Below, piece by piece: positions 42,374 through 51,998 of a DNA stretch of 64,000 nt. The first letter of the stretch is position 1. Each line of letters opens with the position of its first letter. The notes below the pieces were generated by a model. The model worked only from the letters and a program-made list of their open reading frames with translations, did no database searches and was not told where the DNA came from. This DNA comes from an uncultured Acidimicrobiaceae bacterium. GTDB lineage: Bacteria > Actinomycetota > Acidimicrobiia > Acidimicrobiales > RAAP-2. Where the stretch lies: NCBI GenBank assembly GCA_963783245.1, contig CAWAMS010000008.1, positions 32,817 to 96,816 of the forward strand, read 5' to 3'. Made by a program: the position numbers and the translations under genes.

Positions 42374-42913
42374 TCAGACGAGTTGGACGTCGACCTCGAG
42401 GCCCAACGCCGCCAGATCGATGCAGGTGTTGTCCTCGGCGTAGCGCAGACCCTGGACGTTGAAGAGCCGTACGCGGTCGTCGGCGATCGGGAAGGGCCCC
42501 CAGTGCCACGTGCCGCGGCTCAGTACCAGGGGCTCCAACGGCTCGAGCCGGAAGACGTGGATGGCATCGACATCCGCCGGGTCCGAGAAATCGACTGCGG
42601 CCGGCGCCACGGTGATGACGGCAGGCACGTCAAGCGACATCACGCTCTGGGTGTGGGTGTCGTGCCGGTAGAGCATCTGGCATCGGAGCCCGTCGGCGGT
42701 CTCGGGGACCTCGGCCCGAGCGTGCCCGATGATGTTGACGTGCACGTCGTCCCAGGCAAAGGACAGGCGATGCTCGCCGTCACGTGGATCGGTGTCGGCC
42801 ACGGGGAGCCATCCAAAGGGTGCCCAGGCCGTCTCCGTCAAGGGCTCGGGACCGATCTTCCGCCGTTCCTTGGACACGCCTTCCCCTCGCTCGCTCGCTC
42901 GCTCAATCTGCAA
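42374..42913 (-). CDS. Ureidoglycolate lyase/hydrolase-like (AllA-fold) protein
   Basis: PLTETAWAPFGWLPV...VNIIGH...MLYRHDTHTQSVMSL...GTWHWGPFP. The family assignment is tentative. The start is TTG 42913 or GTG 42877. Confidence 0.5.
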   Translation of the reverse strand: MQIERASERGEGVSKERRKIGPEPLTETAWAPFGWLPVADTDPRDGEHRLSFAWDDVHVNIIGHARAEVPETADGLRCQMLYRHDTHTQSVMSLDVPAVITVAPAAVDFSDPADVDAIHVFRLEPLEPLVLSRGTWHWGPFPIADDRVRLFNVQGLRYAEDNTCIDLAALGLEVDVQLV

Positions 42914-42931
42914 TTCATGCGCGCCCGCATC

Positions 42932-42955
42932 TAACCTGACGCAGTAGTCAGTCTA
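42932..42955. promoter_or_regulatory. Degenerate second copy of the 39588-39611 palindrome (TAACCTGAC-gcagta-GTCAGTCTA) between divergent AllA-like and cupin genes
   Basis: Read directly. The left arm is identical (also the preceding TC), the right arm matches 7/9, and the spacer is again 6 nt. Confidence 0.5.
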
Positions 42956-42977
42956 GGTAGGGAAAGAGGGACACGAG

Positions 42978-43361
42978 ATGGACGTGCGCAGCATTGAGGA
43001 AAAGGCTCCGGTCGTCGAGCACAACGGCACCGTCCCGGTCTGGTGGATGATCGAATCCCGCGAGTTCAAGGACATCACCGACGGAGGCTTCCTCGAGCTG
43101 GTCAACGAATTCGAGGTTCCCGGCGGCGGGTTGGTCGACCCCCACTCCCACCCGACGCACGAGTTCTATTACGTGATGAACGGCCGCGGCATCATGACGA
43201 TCGACGGTGAAGATCGCCCGATCGCCCAAGGCGACCTCGTGTACATCCCGCCGGACAAGGTGCACTCGTTGCGTCCGGTGAGCGACCACGCACCCATTCA
43301 TTGCTTCTGCTTCGCCATCGGCGTCAAGGGCGCGGGCGAGATCAACTACACCACCCACTAG
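42978..43361 (+). CDS. Cupin-domain protein
   Basis: RBS GGGAAAGAGGGA precedes the start. Cupin motifs: GGGLVDPHSHPTHEFYYVMNGRG and GDLVYIPPDKVHSL. Confidence 0.8.
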   Translation: MDVRSIEEKAPVVEHNGTVPVWWMIESREFKDITDGGFLELVNEFEVPGGGLVDPHSHPTHEFYYVMNGRGIMTIDGEDRPIAQGDLVYIPPDKVHSLRPVSDHAPIHCFCFAIGVKGAGEINYTTH

Positions 43362-44306
43362 GTGGCGCGGGTACTCGTCACCCGACGCTTGACCGACGGC
43401 GGTACCGATCCTCTCCTGCAGGCGGGGCACGACATCGTCACGACCGACGACGACGTCCCCCTCACGGCGGAGGAACTGGCGTCCGAGGCGGCCGCGTGCG
43501 ACGGCATCGTCTGCCTTCTCACCGACCGTATCGATGCGGAGGTGCTCGCAGCCGGCCACCGCGGCCGCCTGCGCGTCGTCGGCAACGCCGCCGTGGGCTA
43601 CGACAACATCGACGTGGCGACCGCACGCTCGCTCGGCATCGCGGTCTGCAACACCCCGGGCGTGCTCGATGCGACGACGGCCGATCTCACGTTCCTCCTG
43701 ATCCTCGCGGCCACCCGCGGCTCGACCCAGGCCGAGGACGATCTCCGTCACGGACGCTGGACCGGCTGGGGGTTCAACACCCACCTGGCCCACGACGTGC
43801 ACGGCGCCACGCTCGGCCTCGTCGGCTACGGACGCATCGCCCGCGCCGTGGCGCAACGCGCGGCGGGGTTCGACATGGAGGTCCTGCACACTTCGCGCCA
43901 TGACACCGGACTGCCCGGGTACGTGCCCGAGTTGGGCGAGCTCCTGGCGCGCGCCGACATCGTGAGCCTCCATGTCCCCCTGACCGAGTCGACGCACCAT
44001 CTCATCGACGCGGCGGCACTGGCTCTGATGAAGCCGACCGCAGTCCTCGTCAACACGGCGCGGGGCCCCGTCGTCGACGAGAACGCCTTGGTCGACGCCC
44101 TCTCTGCCGGCACCATTCACGGCGCCGGGCTCGATGTGTTCGAAGGCGAACCCGCGCTCAATCCCCGGCTCCTCGACGCCCCCCGCATCACCCTCCTGCC
44201 GCATATCGGCAGCGCGACGGTCGCCACACGCACCCGGATGGCCCGGCTCGCCTGCCAGGGAGTGTGCGACGTGCTGGCGGGCCGGACGCCCCCGAACCTG
44301 GTCTGA
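43362..44306 (+). CDS. D-2-hydroxyacid dehydrogenase (glyoxylate/hydroxypyruvate reductase type)
   Basis: GTG follows the cupin TAG directly. Motifs: GLVGYGRIARAVA (NAD fold), NTARGPVVDE, LLPHIGSAT. Confidence 0.85.
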   Translation: MARVLVTRRLTDGGTDPLLQAGHDIVTTDDDVPLTAEELASEAAACDGIVCLLTDRIDAEVLAAGHRGRLRVVGNAAVGYDNIDVATARSLGIAVCNTPGVLDATTADLTFLLILAATRGSTQAEDDLRHGRWTGWGFNTHLAHDVHGATLGLVGYGRIARAVAQRAAGFDMEVLHTSRHDTGLPGYVPELGELLARADIVSLHVPLTESTHHLIDAAALALMKPTAVLVNTARGPVVDENALVDALSAGTIHGAGLDVFEGEPALNPRLLDAPRITLLPHIGSATVATRTRMARLACQGVCDVLAGRTPPNLV

Positions 44307-44364
44307 GCCGGTCGACAGGCCGCCCGGCCGTGCCTGCAGGGGGTCCTGCCAATAGAATGAAGGC

Positions 44365-44823
44365 GTGAGCAAGCCCCAGGGCCCGGTCGTCATCGACGCG
44401 GGCGACGCGACGACGGTCGAAGGGGTGCTCGACATCGTGCGCAAGCAAGGCGGGAGGGTCACCTCCTCGCGACGGCTCCTGCTGCGTGCCCTCTTCGAGG
44501 GCAACGGACACCGCACGGCGGAGGACCTTGCCGCCGTGGTGCAGGAGCAAGCTCCCGACGTCCACCTGTCGACGATCTACCGCAATCTCGACGAGCTCGA
44601 ACGACTCGGTGTGATCGTGCACGCGCATCTCGGCCACGGGCCCGCGACGTACCACCTGGCCGCGACGGCGCACGGGCACCTCGTCTGTGAAGAGTGCGGG
44701 AAGATGATCGAAGCCCCCGATCTCCTCTTCCGCAGCCTGGCCAAAGAGGCCAAGGCGCAGTTCGGGTTCACGATCGATCCCCACCACTTCGCCATGCTCG
44801 GGCGCTGCGCCGACTGTTCATGA
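44365..44823 (+). CDS. Fur-family metalloregulator
   Basis: TSSRRLLLRALFEG..HRTAEDL, LSTIYRNLDELERLGVI, HGHLVCEECG, C-terminal RCADC. Confidence 0.85.
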   Translation: MSKPQGPVVIDAGDATTVEGVLDIVRKQGGRVTSSRRLLLRALFEGNGHRTAEDLAAVVQEQAPDVHLSTIYRNLDELERLGVIVHAHLGHGPATYHLAATAHGHLVCEECGKMIEAPDLLFRSLAKEAKAQFGFTIDPHHFAMLGRCADCS

Positions 44824-44854
44824 CGTCATAGCGCCACGGGCATCCGTCACGTGA

Positions 44855-45502
44855 TCAGCGGCGGTCCCCGCTGACGGCGATCAGTGACGCGTCGAGGTCG
44901 AGCAGTTCGACGGTCGTCCTGCCCTCGCGCAGTGCGCTGAAGAATCCGGCCTCCTTGGATTCACGCGCCTGCCCGGCCTGCCGGACCGCCTCGAGCGATC
45001 CGGCGGGGACCACCGTGACGCCGTCGACATCGCCGACAACCCAGTCACCCTGGCTCACCGTGACGCCCCCGACACGTACCGGAGCGCCGACCGTCCCGGG
45101 CAGATTCTTGGTGGCCCCCGTGAGTGCGATGGTCGAGGAGAAGACGGGAAACCCGTGCGCTTCCAGAGCGGCCACGTCGCGCACGCCGCCGTCGAGCACC
45201 AGGCCGAGAAGTCCGGCCGCCTCCGCTGCGGTGGTCAGCACCTCTCCCCAATACCCGCGGTCGGGCACCTCCCCGACGTCGACGACGAGCACGCTGCCGG
45301 CGGGAGCGGTCGTCACGGCCACGTGGACGGCGAGATTGTCCCCCGGTGTGCAGCCCACCGGGTACGCCGGAGCGGCCAGGGACGCCCCGGGCCACGACGG
45401 CTTCAGCCGCCGATCGGTGGCCAACCCCCCGGACTCGCCCAACGTGGCCGATCCCAGGCGCAGCAGGGCTGCGGCGATCTCTTGCTGGCTTTCGGTGCTC
45501 AT
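44855..45502 (-). CDS. RraA-family protein (4-hydroxy-4-methyl-2-oxoglutarate aldolase / RNase E inhibitor fold)
   Basis: ATG 45502. Motifs: GSVLVVDVGEVPDRGYWGEVLTTAA, VLDGGVRDV, GDWVVGDVDGV. Confidence 0.75.
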   Translation of the reverse strand: MSTESQQEIAAALLRLGSATLGESGGLATDRRLKPSWPGASLAAPAYPVGCTPGDNLAVHVAVTTAPAGSVLVVDVGEVPDRGYWGEVLTTAAEAAGLLGLVLDGGVRDVAALEAHGFPVFSSTIALTGATKNLPGTVGAPVRVGGVTVSQGDWVVGDVDGVTVVPAGSLEAVRQAGQARESKEAGFFSALREGRTTVELLDLDASLIAVSGDRR

Positions 45503-45612
45503 CGGGCCTCCTCGTCGACGACGCCGCGTGCGTGCAGCGAACATCGTGCGTGCATTGGAGCATCCCGCGGGGCCCGCGCACCAGCCGTACACTCCCCTTC
45601 GTGCCCGAGCCC

Positions 45613-46293
45613 ATGCTGATAGTGACCCAGGTCGCCCCCTATACCGACGGCCCGGCGGGGGTGCACGGCGTACTGGCCCAGGCCACGACCGCCCTCAGCG
45701 AGCTGGCCGAACTGGCGGGGCTCTCGCCGGTCGTGGTCGACGACGTGCGTGACCTCTCCCCCCACCAGCTCGGCGCCGCCGGCGTGCTCGCACTGTTCAC
45801 GATCGGCGAGACCCCGTTCTCCTCAGCGCAACAGTCGGCGCTGCTCGACTCGTGGCATGCCGGTCGCCTCCACGTGCTGGGCGTGCACTCGGCGACCGAC
45901 GCCTGCCATGCATGGCCGGACTACGGCGCCCTCATCGGCGCACGTTTCGACGGTCATCCGTGGACGCAGTCCTTCACCATCGACATCGTGGACGCGGACC
46001 ACCCGGCGACCGCGCACCTCGGGGCGACCTGGCCCTGGCACGACGAGATCTACCTCTTTCGCTCGTTACGCCCCGATGCGCGGGTACTCCTGCGTCTCGC
46101 CGACGACCAGGTGGACCTCTCCGCGCCCGGCGGGCGTGTGCCCGAGTGCGGCTTCCCGCTGGCCTGGTGCCACGGCGAGGAGGAGGGACGCACGTTCTAC
46201 AGCGCCCTGGGCCACTTCCCCGGCGCATGGGAGACCCCGGCCTACCTCCGGCATCTGGCCGGGGGCCTCGCCTGGCTCCGAGAGCGCGCCTAA
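45613..46293 (+). CDS. ThuA-domain protein
   Basis: VLALFTIGETPFS, VLGVHSATDA, HPWTQSFTIDIVDADHPAT, FPLAWCHGEEEGRTFYSALGH. The start is ATG 45613 or GTG 45601. Confidence 0.65.
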   Translation: MLIVTQVAPYTDGPAGVHGVLAQATTALSELAELAGLSPVVVDDVRDLSPHQLGAAGVLALFTIGETPFSSAQQSALLDSWHAGRLHVLGVHSATDACHAWPDYGALIGARFDGHPWTQSFTIDIVDADHPATAHLGATWPWHDEIYLFRSLRPDARVLLRLADDQVDLSAPGGRVPECGFPLAWCHGEEEGRTFYSALGHFPGAWETPAYLRHLAGGLAWLRERA

Positions 46294-46356
46294 CCTGGCC
46301 GCTGGAACCGGACAGGGATACCTCGCCGTCTCGGTGATACCGGAGGTGCACAGCGC

Positions 46357-46824
46357 ATGACGAATCTCTTCAACCCGCCGAGCCACCGCTTCTACCCGTC
46401 GGGGCCGCCCCGGTTCAATCATGTCGCCATGTCGCTTCCGGCCGACCTCCTGGGCGAGGAGAGCCGCAAGGAGATCCTCGGTTTCTTCGACGAGGTGCTC
46501 GGTTTCGAGGAGATGCCGACCATGACCGAGGACCGTCGGCGCATGATCCTCGGCTGTGTCCACTGGGACCAGTTCATTTTCCTGGTGGCCGACGACGACC
46601 CGATGAAGTGCCCGCGCCTGGACCACTACGGGTTCTCGGTGGGATCGCTCGACGAGCTCCGGGGTATTCAGGAGCGGGCGGAAGCCTTCCGCGCGAACGA
46701 CGACCGCGTGGACCTGATCGACCTCCACGTCGATGACCAAGGGGTCGTGAAGATCCACTCGCTCTATGTCCACTACATCCTCCCCATGATGATCGAGTTC
46801 CAGTACTGGGAATTCGCGTCGTAA
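46357..46824 (+). CDS. VOC (glyoxalase/bleomycin-resistance/dioxygenase) superfamily protein
   Basis: RBS GGAGG precedes the start. RFNHVAMSLP...LDHYGFSV. Weak family signal. Confidence 0.5.
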   Translation: MTNLFNPPSHRFYPSGPPRFNHVAMSLPADLLGEESRKEILGFFDEVLGFEEMPTMTEDRRRMILGCVHWDQFIFLVADDDPMKCPRLDHYGFSVGSLDELRGIQERAEAFRANDDRVDLIDLHVDDQGVVKIHSLYVHYILPMMIEFQYWEFAS

Positions 46825-46829
46825 GGGGG

Positions 46830-47666
46830 ATGGTGGACCGAGAGGCACCTTCGCGTCAGGCCGAGCTGGCGGCCACGTTCCTCCGCCTTCATCAACCGGG
46901 GACTCCCCTGCTGATGCCGAACGCGTGGGATGTCGGGTCCGCCGTCCTGCTGGCCGCCCTCGGCTTCGACGCGCTCGCCACGACGAGCGGGGGCTTCGCC
47001 GCCAGCAAAGGACGGCTGGACGGCTCCATGCGGCGCGAGGAGGTGCTCGCCCACGCACAGGAGCTGGCGGCGGCCACGGCGCTCCCCCTTTCCGCCGATC
47101 TCGAGAACTGCTTCGCCCACGAGCCCGATGGTGTGGCCGAAACGGCCCGCGCCGCTGTCCACGCCGGCGTGGCCGGGTTCTCCGTCGAGGACTTCACCGG
47201 CAACGGGGACGATCCGATCTACGAGCTGGACGTGGCGGCCGAGAGGGTGCGGGCGGCGTGCGAGGTGGCACACGACGGCGAACGGCACATTGTGGTGACG
47301 GCGCGGGCCGAGAACTACCTCCACGGACGTCCGGACCTGGCGGACACCATCGCACGGTTGCAGGCGTACCAATCGGCCGGCGCGGACGTCGTGTTCGCGC
47401 CGCGGGTCGACGATCCGAGCGAGCTGCACAAGCTCGTCGGCGCGCTGGACGTCCCCGTCAGTGTCCTGGCCGGGCCCAACGCCCCGAACGTGGCGGAGCT
47501 GTCGGCGTTGGGGGTGAGCCGCGTGTCGGTCGGCGGAGCCTTCGCCGTGGCGGCCTACGGCGCACTCGTCGATGCAGCCACCGAGCTGCGGGACGCCGGG
47601 ACCTACGGCTACTGGGAGTTGACCAAAAGAGGCAACCGGGCCGTACGCGACGCCTTCAGTCGCTGA
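46830..47666 (+). CDS. Isocitrate lyase / PEP mutase-family enzyme (2-methylisocitrate-lyase-like)
   Basis: RBS AAGGGGG precedes the start. Motifs: LLMPNAWDVGSA, ALATTSGG, PLSADLENCF, GFSVEDF, TARAENYL, AGADVVFAP. Confidence 0.8.
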   Translation: MVDREAPSRQAELAATFLRLHQPGTPLLMPNAWDVGSAVLLAALGFDALATTSGGFAASKGRLDGSMRREEVLAHAQELAAATALPLSADLENCFAHEPDGVAETARAAVHAGVAGFSVEDFTGNGDDPIYELDVAAERVRAACEVAHDGERHIVVTARAENYLHGRPDLADTIARLQAYQSAGADVVFAPRVDDPSELHKLVGALDVPVSVLAGPNAPNVAELSALGVSRVSVGGAFAVAAYGALVDAATELRDAGTYGYWELTKRGNRAVRDAFSR

Positions 47667-47712
47667 CGGCTGCGTCGTCGGACGGCTGCGTCGTCGGACG
47701 GCTGCGTCGTCG
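47665..47712. repeat. 16-bp tandem repeat (gacggctgcgtcgtcg)x3 between convergent PEP-mutase-family and RidA genes
   Basis: Read directly. Three perfect copies, the first overlapping the upstream TGA. Each unit contains the mini-palindrome gacg-gctg-cgtc. Confidence 0.95.
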
Positions 47713-47718
47713 GAGGAT

Positions 47719-48189
47719 TCAGTCGACCAGAGCGACCGTCACCTCAATCTCGACGGCCCCGTTGCGGGGCAGCGCGGCCACGCCGACGGCTGAGCGCGTA
47801 TGACGACCGGCGTCACCGAAGACGTCGGCCAACACCTTGCTCGCGCCGTCAACCACTGCGGGCTGCTCGTGGAAGTCGGGGGCCGACGAGACGAATCCGG
47901 TGACGGTGAGCACACGCGCCACCCGGTCGAGCGAGCCGAGCGCCTCCTGCAGCACCGCCAGGGCGTTGAGGGCGCACACCGCGGCAGCCTCCCTGCCCTC
48001 TTCGACGGTGACGGTGTCGCCGAGACGTCCGAGGCACGTGAGCTGCCCGTCGATGCGCGGCAGCTGGCCCGACGTGCGCGCCGTCCCGTTGTGGACGACG
48101 ACGGCGTCCAGCGGGTCGTGGGGCGGGTGCGGCCCGTGCAGCGTGAGGCCCAACTCCGCCAGCCGCGCTGCGATCTTTCCTTCTGCCAT
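47719..48189 (-). CDS. RidA/YjgF-family protein
   Basis: ATG 48189. ARTSGQLPRIDGQL...VARVLTVTGFV...RSAVGVAALPRNGAVEIEV. The rest of the 540-aa track ORF is antisense to the SDR gene. Confidence 0.75.
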   Translation of the reverse strand: MAEGKIAARLAELGLTLHGPHPPHDPLDAVVVHNGTARTSGQLPRIDGQLTCLGRLGDTVTVEEGREAAAVCALNALAVLQEALGSLDRVARVLTVTGFVSSAPDFHEQPAVVDGASKVLADVFGDAGRHTRSAVGVAALPRNGAVEIEVTVALVD

Positions 48190-48342
48190 CGGTGCCGCTC
48201 CTTCGCTTTGCCGTGCGCTCTTCCGTTTGCGTCCCGCTACGTTTCGTCGGGCGGCGGCGGGCGCCCGCCGGGAGGATGGTAGCTGCCTCCTCCGCCCCCT
48301 CTGCGCTGTCAGTGCCCGGAGGTGTCGGGGTAGTGTCGCCGG

Positions 48343-49233
48343 ATGGGACTTCTCAATGATCGAGTAGCAGTGGTGACCGGAGCAGGGCGGGGGATCGGCC
48401 GCGACATCGCGCTCTGCCTGGCGGCGGAAGGGGCCAAGGTCGTGGTCAACGACGTCGGCGTGTCCCTGGGCGGAGACGGCACGGGTGAGAACCCGGCCGC
48501 CGACGTGTGCAAGGAGATCGAGGCGGCAGGAGGGAATGCCGTCCCCAACCACGATTCCGTGAGCGACTTCGACGGCGCGGGCCGCATCATCGCCACGGCG
48601 GTCGACTCGTTCGGCTCGATCGACATCCTGGTGAACAACGCCGGCATCGTGCGCGACCGCACGATCGTCAAAATGGACGAGTCGGACTACGACGCCGTCA
48701 TCGCCGTGCATCAGAAGGGCACGTTCAACACCGTCCGTCACGCCGCGCCGATCATGAAGGAGGCCGGGTACGGACGCATCGTGAACATGACGTCGTCGGC
48801 CGGGCTCCGGGGCAACTTCGGGCAGACCAACTACGGCGCGGCCAAGGCGGCGATCATGGGCATGACCTTCGTGTGGGCCGTGGAATTGGGCAAGTACGGC
48901 ATCACCGTCAACGCCATGGCGCCGGCCGGTCTCACCCGCATGACCGAGAGCCTCTACGCCGGGGCCGAGGCGCCGGCGGACCAGGACCCGGCGCTCAACG
49001 CGCCGCTCGTGGCCTTCTTGGCCAGCGAAGGCGCCTCCTACGTCAACGGGCAGGTGCTCGGGCGGACCGGCTTTGGCTACACGCTCTTCCAGACACCGCG
49101 TCAGATCGCCACCATGTGGGCCGACGGCGGGTGGACGCCCCAAGAGGTCGCGGACCACTTCCACGAGGTGCTGGGCCAGCACCTGCAGCCCGTGGGCATG
49201 GGCAACCATCCCCTCCTGGGCAAGAAGGACTGA
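48343..49233 (+). CDS. SDR-family oxidoreductase (MFE-2-like subgroup; paralogue of 5743..6654)
   Basis: Motifs: [25 protein letters not shown]. Collinear with the 5743 product over most of its length. Confidence 0.85.
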   Translation: MGLLNDRVAVVTGAGRGIGRDIALCLAAEGAKVVVNDVGVSLGGDGTGENPAADVCKEIEAAGGNAVPNHDSVSDFDGAGRIIATAVDSFGSIDILVNNAGIVRDRTIVKMDESDYDAVIAVHQKGTFNTVRHAAPIMKEAGYGRIVNMTSSAGLRGNFGQTNYGAAKAAIMGMTFVWAVELGKYGITVNAMAPAGLTRMTESLYAGAEAPADQDPALNAPLVAFLASEGASYVNGQVLGRTGFGYTLFQTPRQIATMWADGGWTPQEVADHFHEVLGQHLQPVGMGNHPLLGKKD

Positions 49234-49324
49234 CGGCCGAAGGCTGACGTCGGCGGCTCGGGCGGGCGAAATGTGCCCGGGCGGAGGTAGGGTCGCGACC
49301 GAGCACACGGCAAGGGAGGGCATC

Positions 49325-50743
49325 ATGGACGTCCGCGACAAGATCTACATCAACGGAGCCTGGGTTCCATCGACCGGGACCGGCACCCTGGAGGTCATCG
49401 ACTCCACGACCGAAGAGGTCCTCGCCACCATCCCCGAGGGGACGCCCGAAGATGTCGACAAGGCCGTCGAGGCGGCTGCCGCCGCCTTCCCGGCGTGGGC
49501 GGCCACATCACGTGAGGAGCGGGCCAAGACGCTGCTCCGCATCGGCGAAGCCCTGGGTGCCCGCACCGACGAGATCGCCGACACCATCACCCACGAGCTG
49601 GGCATGCCCCGCTCGCTCTCCGGCATGATCCAGGTCGGCCTCCCCGCCGGCGCGTTCGCCGATGCGGCCCACGCCGCCGAGACCTTCCCCTGGGAGGAAG
49701 AGATGGGGAACTCGCTCGTCGTACGCGAGCCCGTCGGCGTCGTGGGCGCCATCACGCCGTGGAACTACCCGCTCTTCCAGATCGTGCTCAAGGTCGCCCC
49801 GGCACTGGCCGCCGGCTGCACCGTGGTGCTCAAGCCGAGCGAGGTCGCTCCCCTCAACGCGTTCGCCCTGGCCGAGGTCATCGACGAGGTGGGCCTGCCC
49901 GCCGGCGTCTTCAACCTGGTCACCGGCGTCGGGCCCGTCGTCGGCGAAGCCATCGCGTCACACCCCAAGGTGGACATGGTGTCGTTCACCGGCTCGACCC
50001 GGGCCGGCAAGCGGGTCATGGAACTGGCCTCGAACAGCATCAAGCGCGTGTCACTCGAGCTGGGCGGGAAGTCCGCCAACATCATGCTCGACGACACCGA
50101 CTTCGCCACGGCGGTGCCGGCGGGCCTGTTCGCCTGCTACATGAACTCGGGACAGACCTGCTCCGCCCTCACCCGGATGCTCGTCCCCCGCAACCGGCTG
50201 GCCGAAGTGGAGAAGCTGGCCCTCGAGGGCACCGCCGGCTTCGCGCCGGGTGATCCCTTCGAGGAGGGGAAGCTGCTCGGACCGCTCGTCTCCTCGGTAC
50301 AACGCGACCGGGTGCGGGCCTACATCAACAAGGGCATCGAGGAAGGCGCCAAGCTCGTCACCGGCGGCGCCGAGGCCCCCGACGGATTGGAGAAGGGCTT
50401 CTTCGTGCAGCCGACGATCTTCTCCGAGGTCACCCGCACCATGACCATCGCCCGGGAGGAGATCTTCGGCCCCGTCCTCTCCATCATCCCCTACGACACC
50501 GAGGAAGAGGCGATCGAGATCGCCAACGACACCCCGTACGGCCTCGCCGGCGCAGTCTGGAGCGGCGACCCGGCCCGGGCCGAGAAGGTGGCCCGGCAGC
50601 TCCGTACCGGCCAGGTCGACATCAACGGCGGCGCCTTCAACCCGAGCGCACCGTTCGGCGGCTACAAGCAGTCCGGCATCGGTCGCGAGCGCGGCCGTTA
50701 CGGCCTGGAGGAGTTCGTCGAGACCAAGTCGATGCAGCGCTGA
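49325..50743 (+). CDS. NAD(P)-dependent aldehyde dehydrogenase
   Basis: RBS GGGAGGG precedes ATG 49325. Motifs: [31 protein letters not shown] (Cys), [13 protein letters not shown]. Confidence 0.9.
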   Translation: MDVRDKIYINGAWVPSTGTGTLEVIDSTTEEVLATIPEGTPEDVDKAVEAAAAAFPAWAATSREERAKTLLRIGEALGARTDEIADTITHELGMPRSLSGMIQVGLPAGAFADAAHAAETFPWEEEMGNSLVVREPVGVVGAITPWNYPLFQIVLKVAPALAAGCTVVLKPSEVAPLNAFALAEVIDEVGLPAGVFNLVTGVGPVVGEAIASHPKVDMVSFTGSTRAGKRVMELASNSIKRVSLELGGKSANIMLDDTDFATAVPAGLFACYMNSGQTCSALTRMLVPRNRLAEVEKLALEGTAGFAPGDPFEEGKLLGPLVSSVQRDRVRAYINKGIEEGAKLVTGGAEAPDGLEKGFFVQPTIFSEVTRTMTIAREEIFGPVLSIIPYDTEEEAIEIANDTPYGLAGAVWSGDPARAEKVARQLRTGQVDINGGAFNPSAPFGGYKQSGIGRERGRYGLEEFVETKSMQR

Positions 50744-50768
50744 ACAGCAGCGCCGGCGGCCCGACGAA

Positions 50769-51998
50769 CTAGCGCGCGTCCTCCAGCGGGTTGCGCCAGC
50801 CGGGGGATCCGGTGTGGCCGCCCGCCGAGACACGGAGCCCGATGAAGTTCCGCTGGGCCTCCACGGTGCCCGCGCCGAAGCACAGGCCGCGGATATCGCG
50901 GTAGGCCCGCTCCAGCGGGTACTCCCGGCTGAAGCCGTACCCGCCGTGGATCTGCATGGCCTCGTCACAGACGAACTTGGCCGCCAGGTTGGCGGCCGTC
51001 TTGGCCAGGGCCGTCTCGAGGGGCGGCGGGGTCCCACCCTCGCCGGCCAGACGCACGGCACGCCCCAACAGCAGACGGGCGCCCTCCAGCTGCACGGCCA
51101 TGTCCGCCAGCTTCCACTGCAGGCCCTGGAGGTCGGCCAGCGGTCGCCCGCCGATCACCCGCTCCTGCATGTAGCGCACGGCGTGCTCCATGGCGCCCTG
51201 GGCGGCCCCGACGCACATGGCGGCATTCCCGCACCGTTCGTGGTTCAGATGCGACAGGAGCACCTTGAAGGCACTCGTCGACGACGGGTCGCCCGCCAGC
51301 AGGATGTCCTCTTCCCGGATCTCCACGCCGTCGAAAGCCAGCTCGGCCTCCGTCGCGGCATGGATCCCCATCCCCTTGTGGCGGCCGGTGACCGAGACTC
51401 CTTCGCGATCGGTCGGCACGATCACCGCGCCGATGCCCTTCGCCCCCTCGCCGCCGGGCCAGCGGCACCAGACCAGCACACCCTGGGCCACGTGGCCCAG
51501 GGTGGAGTAGTTCTTGTAGGCGTTGAGACGCCAGCGACCGGGACCGTCCTCGGTGAGGGCGGCCCGCATGTTCTGGACCGCCGAACCGGCGTCGGGCTCG
51601 GTGATGCCGATGCTGACGATGGCGTCGCCGTCCGCAGCAGCGGGGAGCCAGCGCTCCTTCATGGCCTCGGGCCCGAGATGCTCGATGCCCCGGGGCGGCC
51701 CGTTGAAGGTCAGCTGGCAGCAGATGGCGGACGAGACGTCGGCCCGGGCAATCTCCTCGAGGACGATGGAGGCCTCGACGTCCCCCAGGCCCATGCCCCC
51801 GTACTTCTCCCCGATCGTGATCCGGAGGAGGTCGGCGCTCGCCAATGCCTTGCGCACTTCGGGCGGGATCTCACCGGTCTCGTCACCTTGTGAGGCCCGG
51901 GGCGCCACCTCTCGCAGAGCCACGTCGCGCGCCAGCTGGCGCAGCGCCGTCTGATCCTCTGTCTCGGCCAGGAGATCGACGCCCGAGGCCCCGCTCAT
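50769..51998 (-). CDS. Acyl-CoA dehydrogenase
   Basis: ATG 51998 overlaps the thiolase stop (TGATG). Motifs: GITEPDAGSA, QIHGGYGFSREYPLERAYRD. Confidence 0.85.
   Translation of the reverse strand: MSGASGVDLLAETEDQTALRQLARDVALREVAPRASQGDETGEIPPEVRKALASADLLRITIGEKYGGMGLGDVEASIVLEEIARADVSSAICCQLTFNGPPRGIEHLGPEAMKERWLPAAADGDAIVSIGITEPDAGSAVQNMRAALTEDGPGRWRLNAYKNYSTLGHVAQGVLVWCRWPGGEGAKGIGAVIVPTDREGVSVTGRHKGMGIHAATEAELAFDGVEIREEDILLAGDPSSTSAFKVLLSHLNHERCGNAAMCVGAAQGAMEHAVRYMQERVIGGRPLADLQGLQWKLADMAVQLEGARLLLGRAVRLAGEGGTPPPLETALAKTAANLAAKFVCDEAMQIHGGYGFSREYPLERAYRDIRGLCFGAGTVEAQRNFIGLRVSAGGHTGSPGWRNPLEDAR

Noticed and set aside
44306-44365. Fur/Zur box upstream of the Fur-family gene
   Set aside because: The 58-nt gap contains only a short AT-rich patch (aatagaatga) and no recognisable inverted repeat of the Fur or Zur type.
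42948-44516. 522-aa minus-strand ORF
   Set aside because: It is antisense to the cupin and 2-hydroxyacid dehydrogenase genes, both of which have clear family motifs and RBS/start context. The same reasoning rejects 56914..58467 (+), antisense to fadD, and 59878..61335 (+), antisense to acs.
47719-49341. 540-aa minus-strand ORF
   Set aside because: Only the last 156 codons (from ATG 48189) form the RidA-family protein. The rest is antisense to the SDR gene at 48343..49233.
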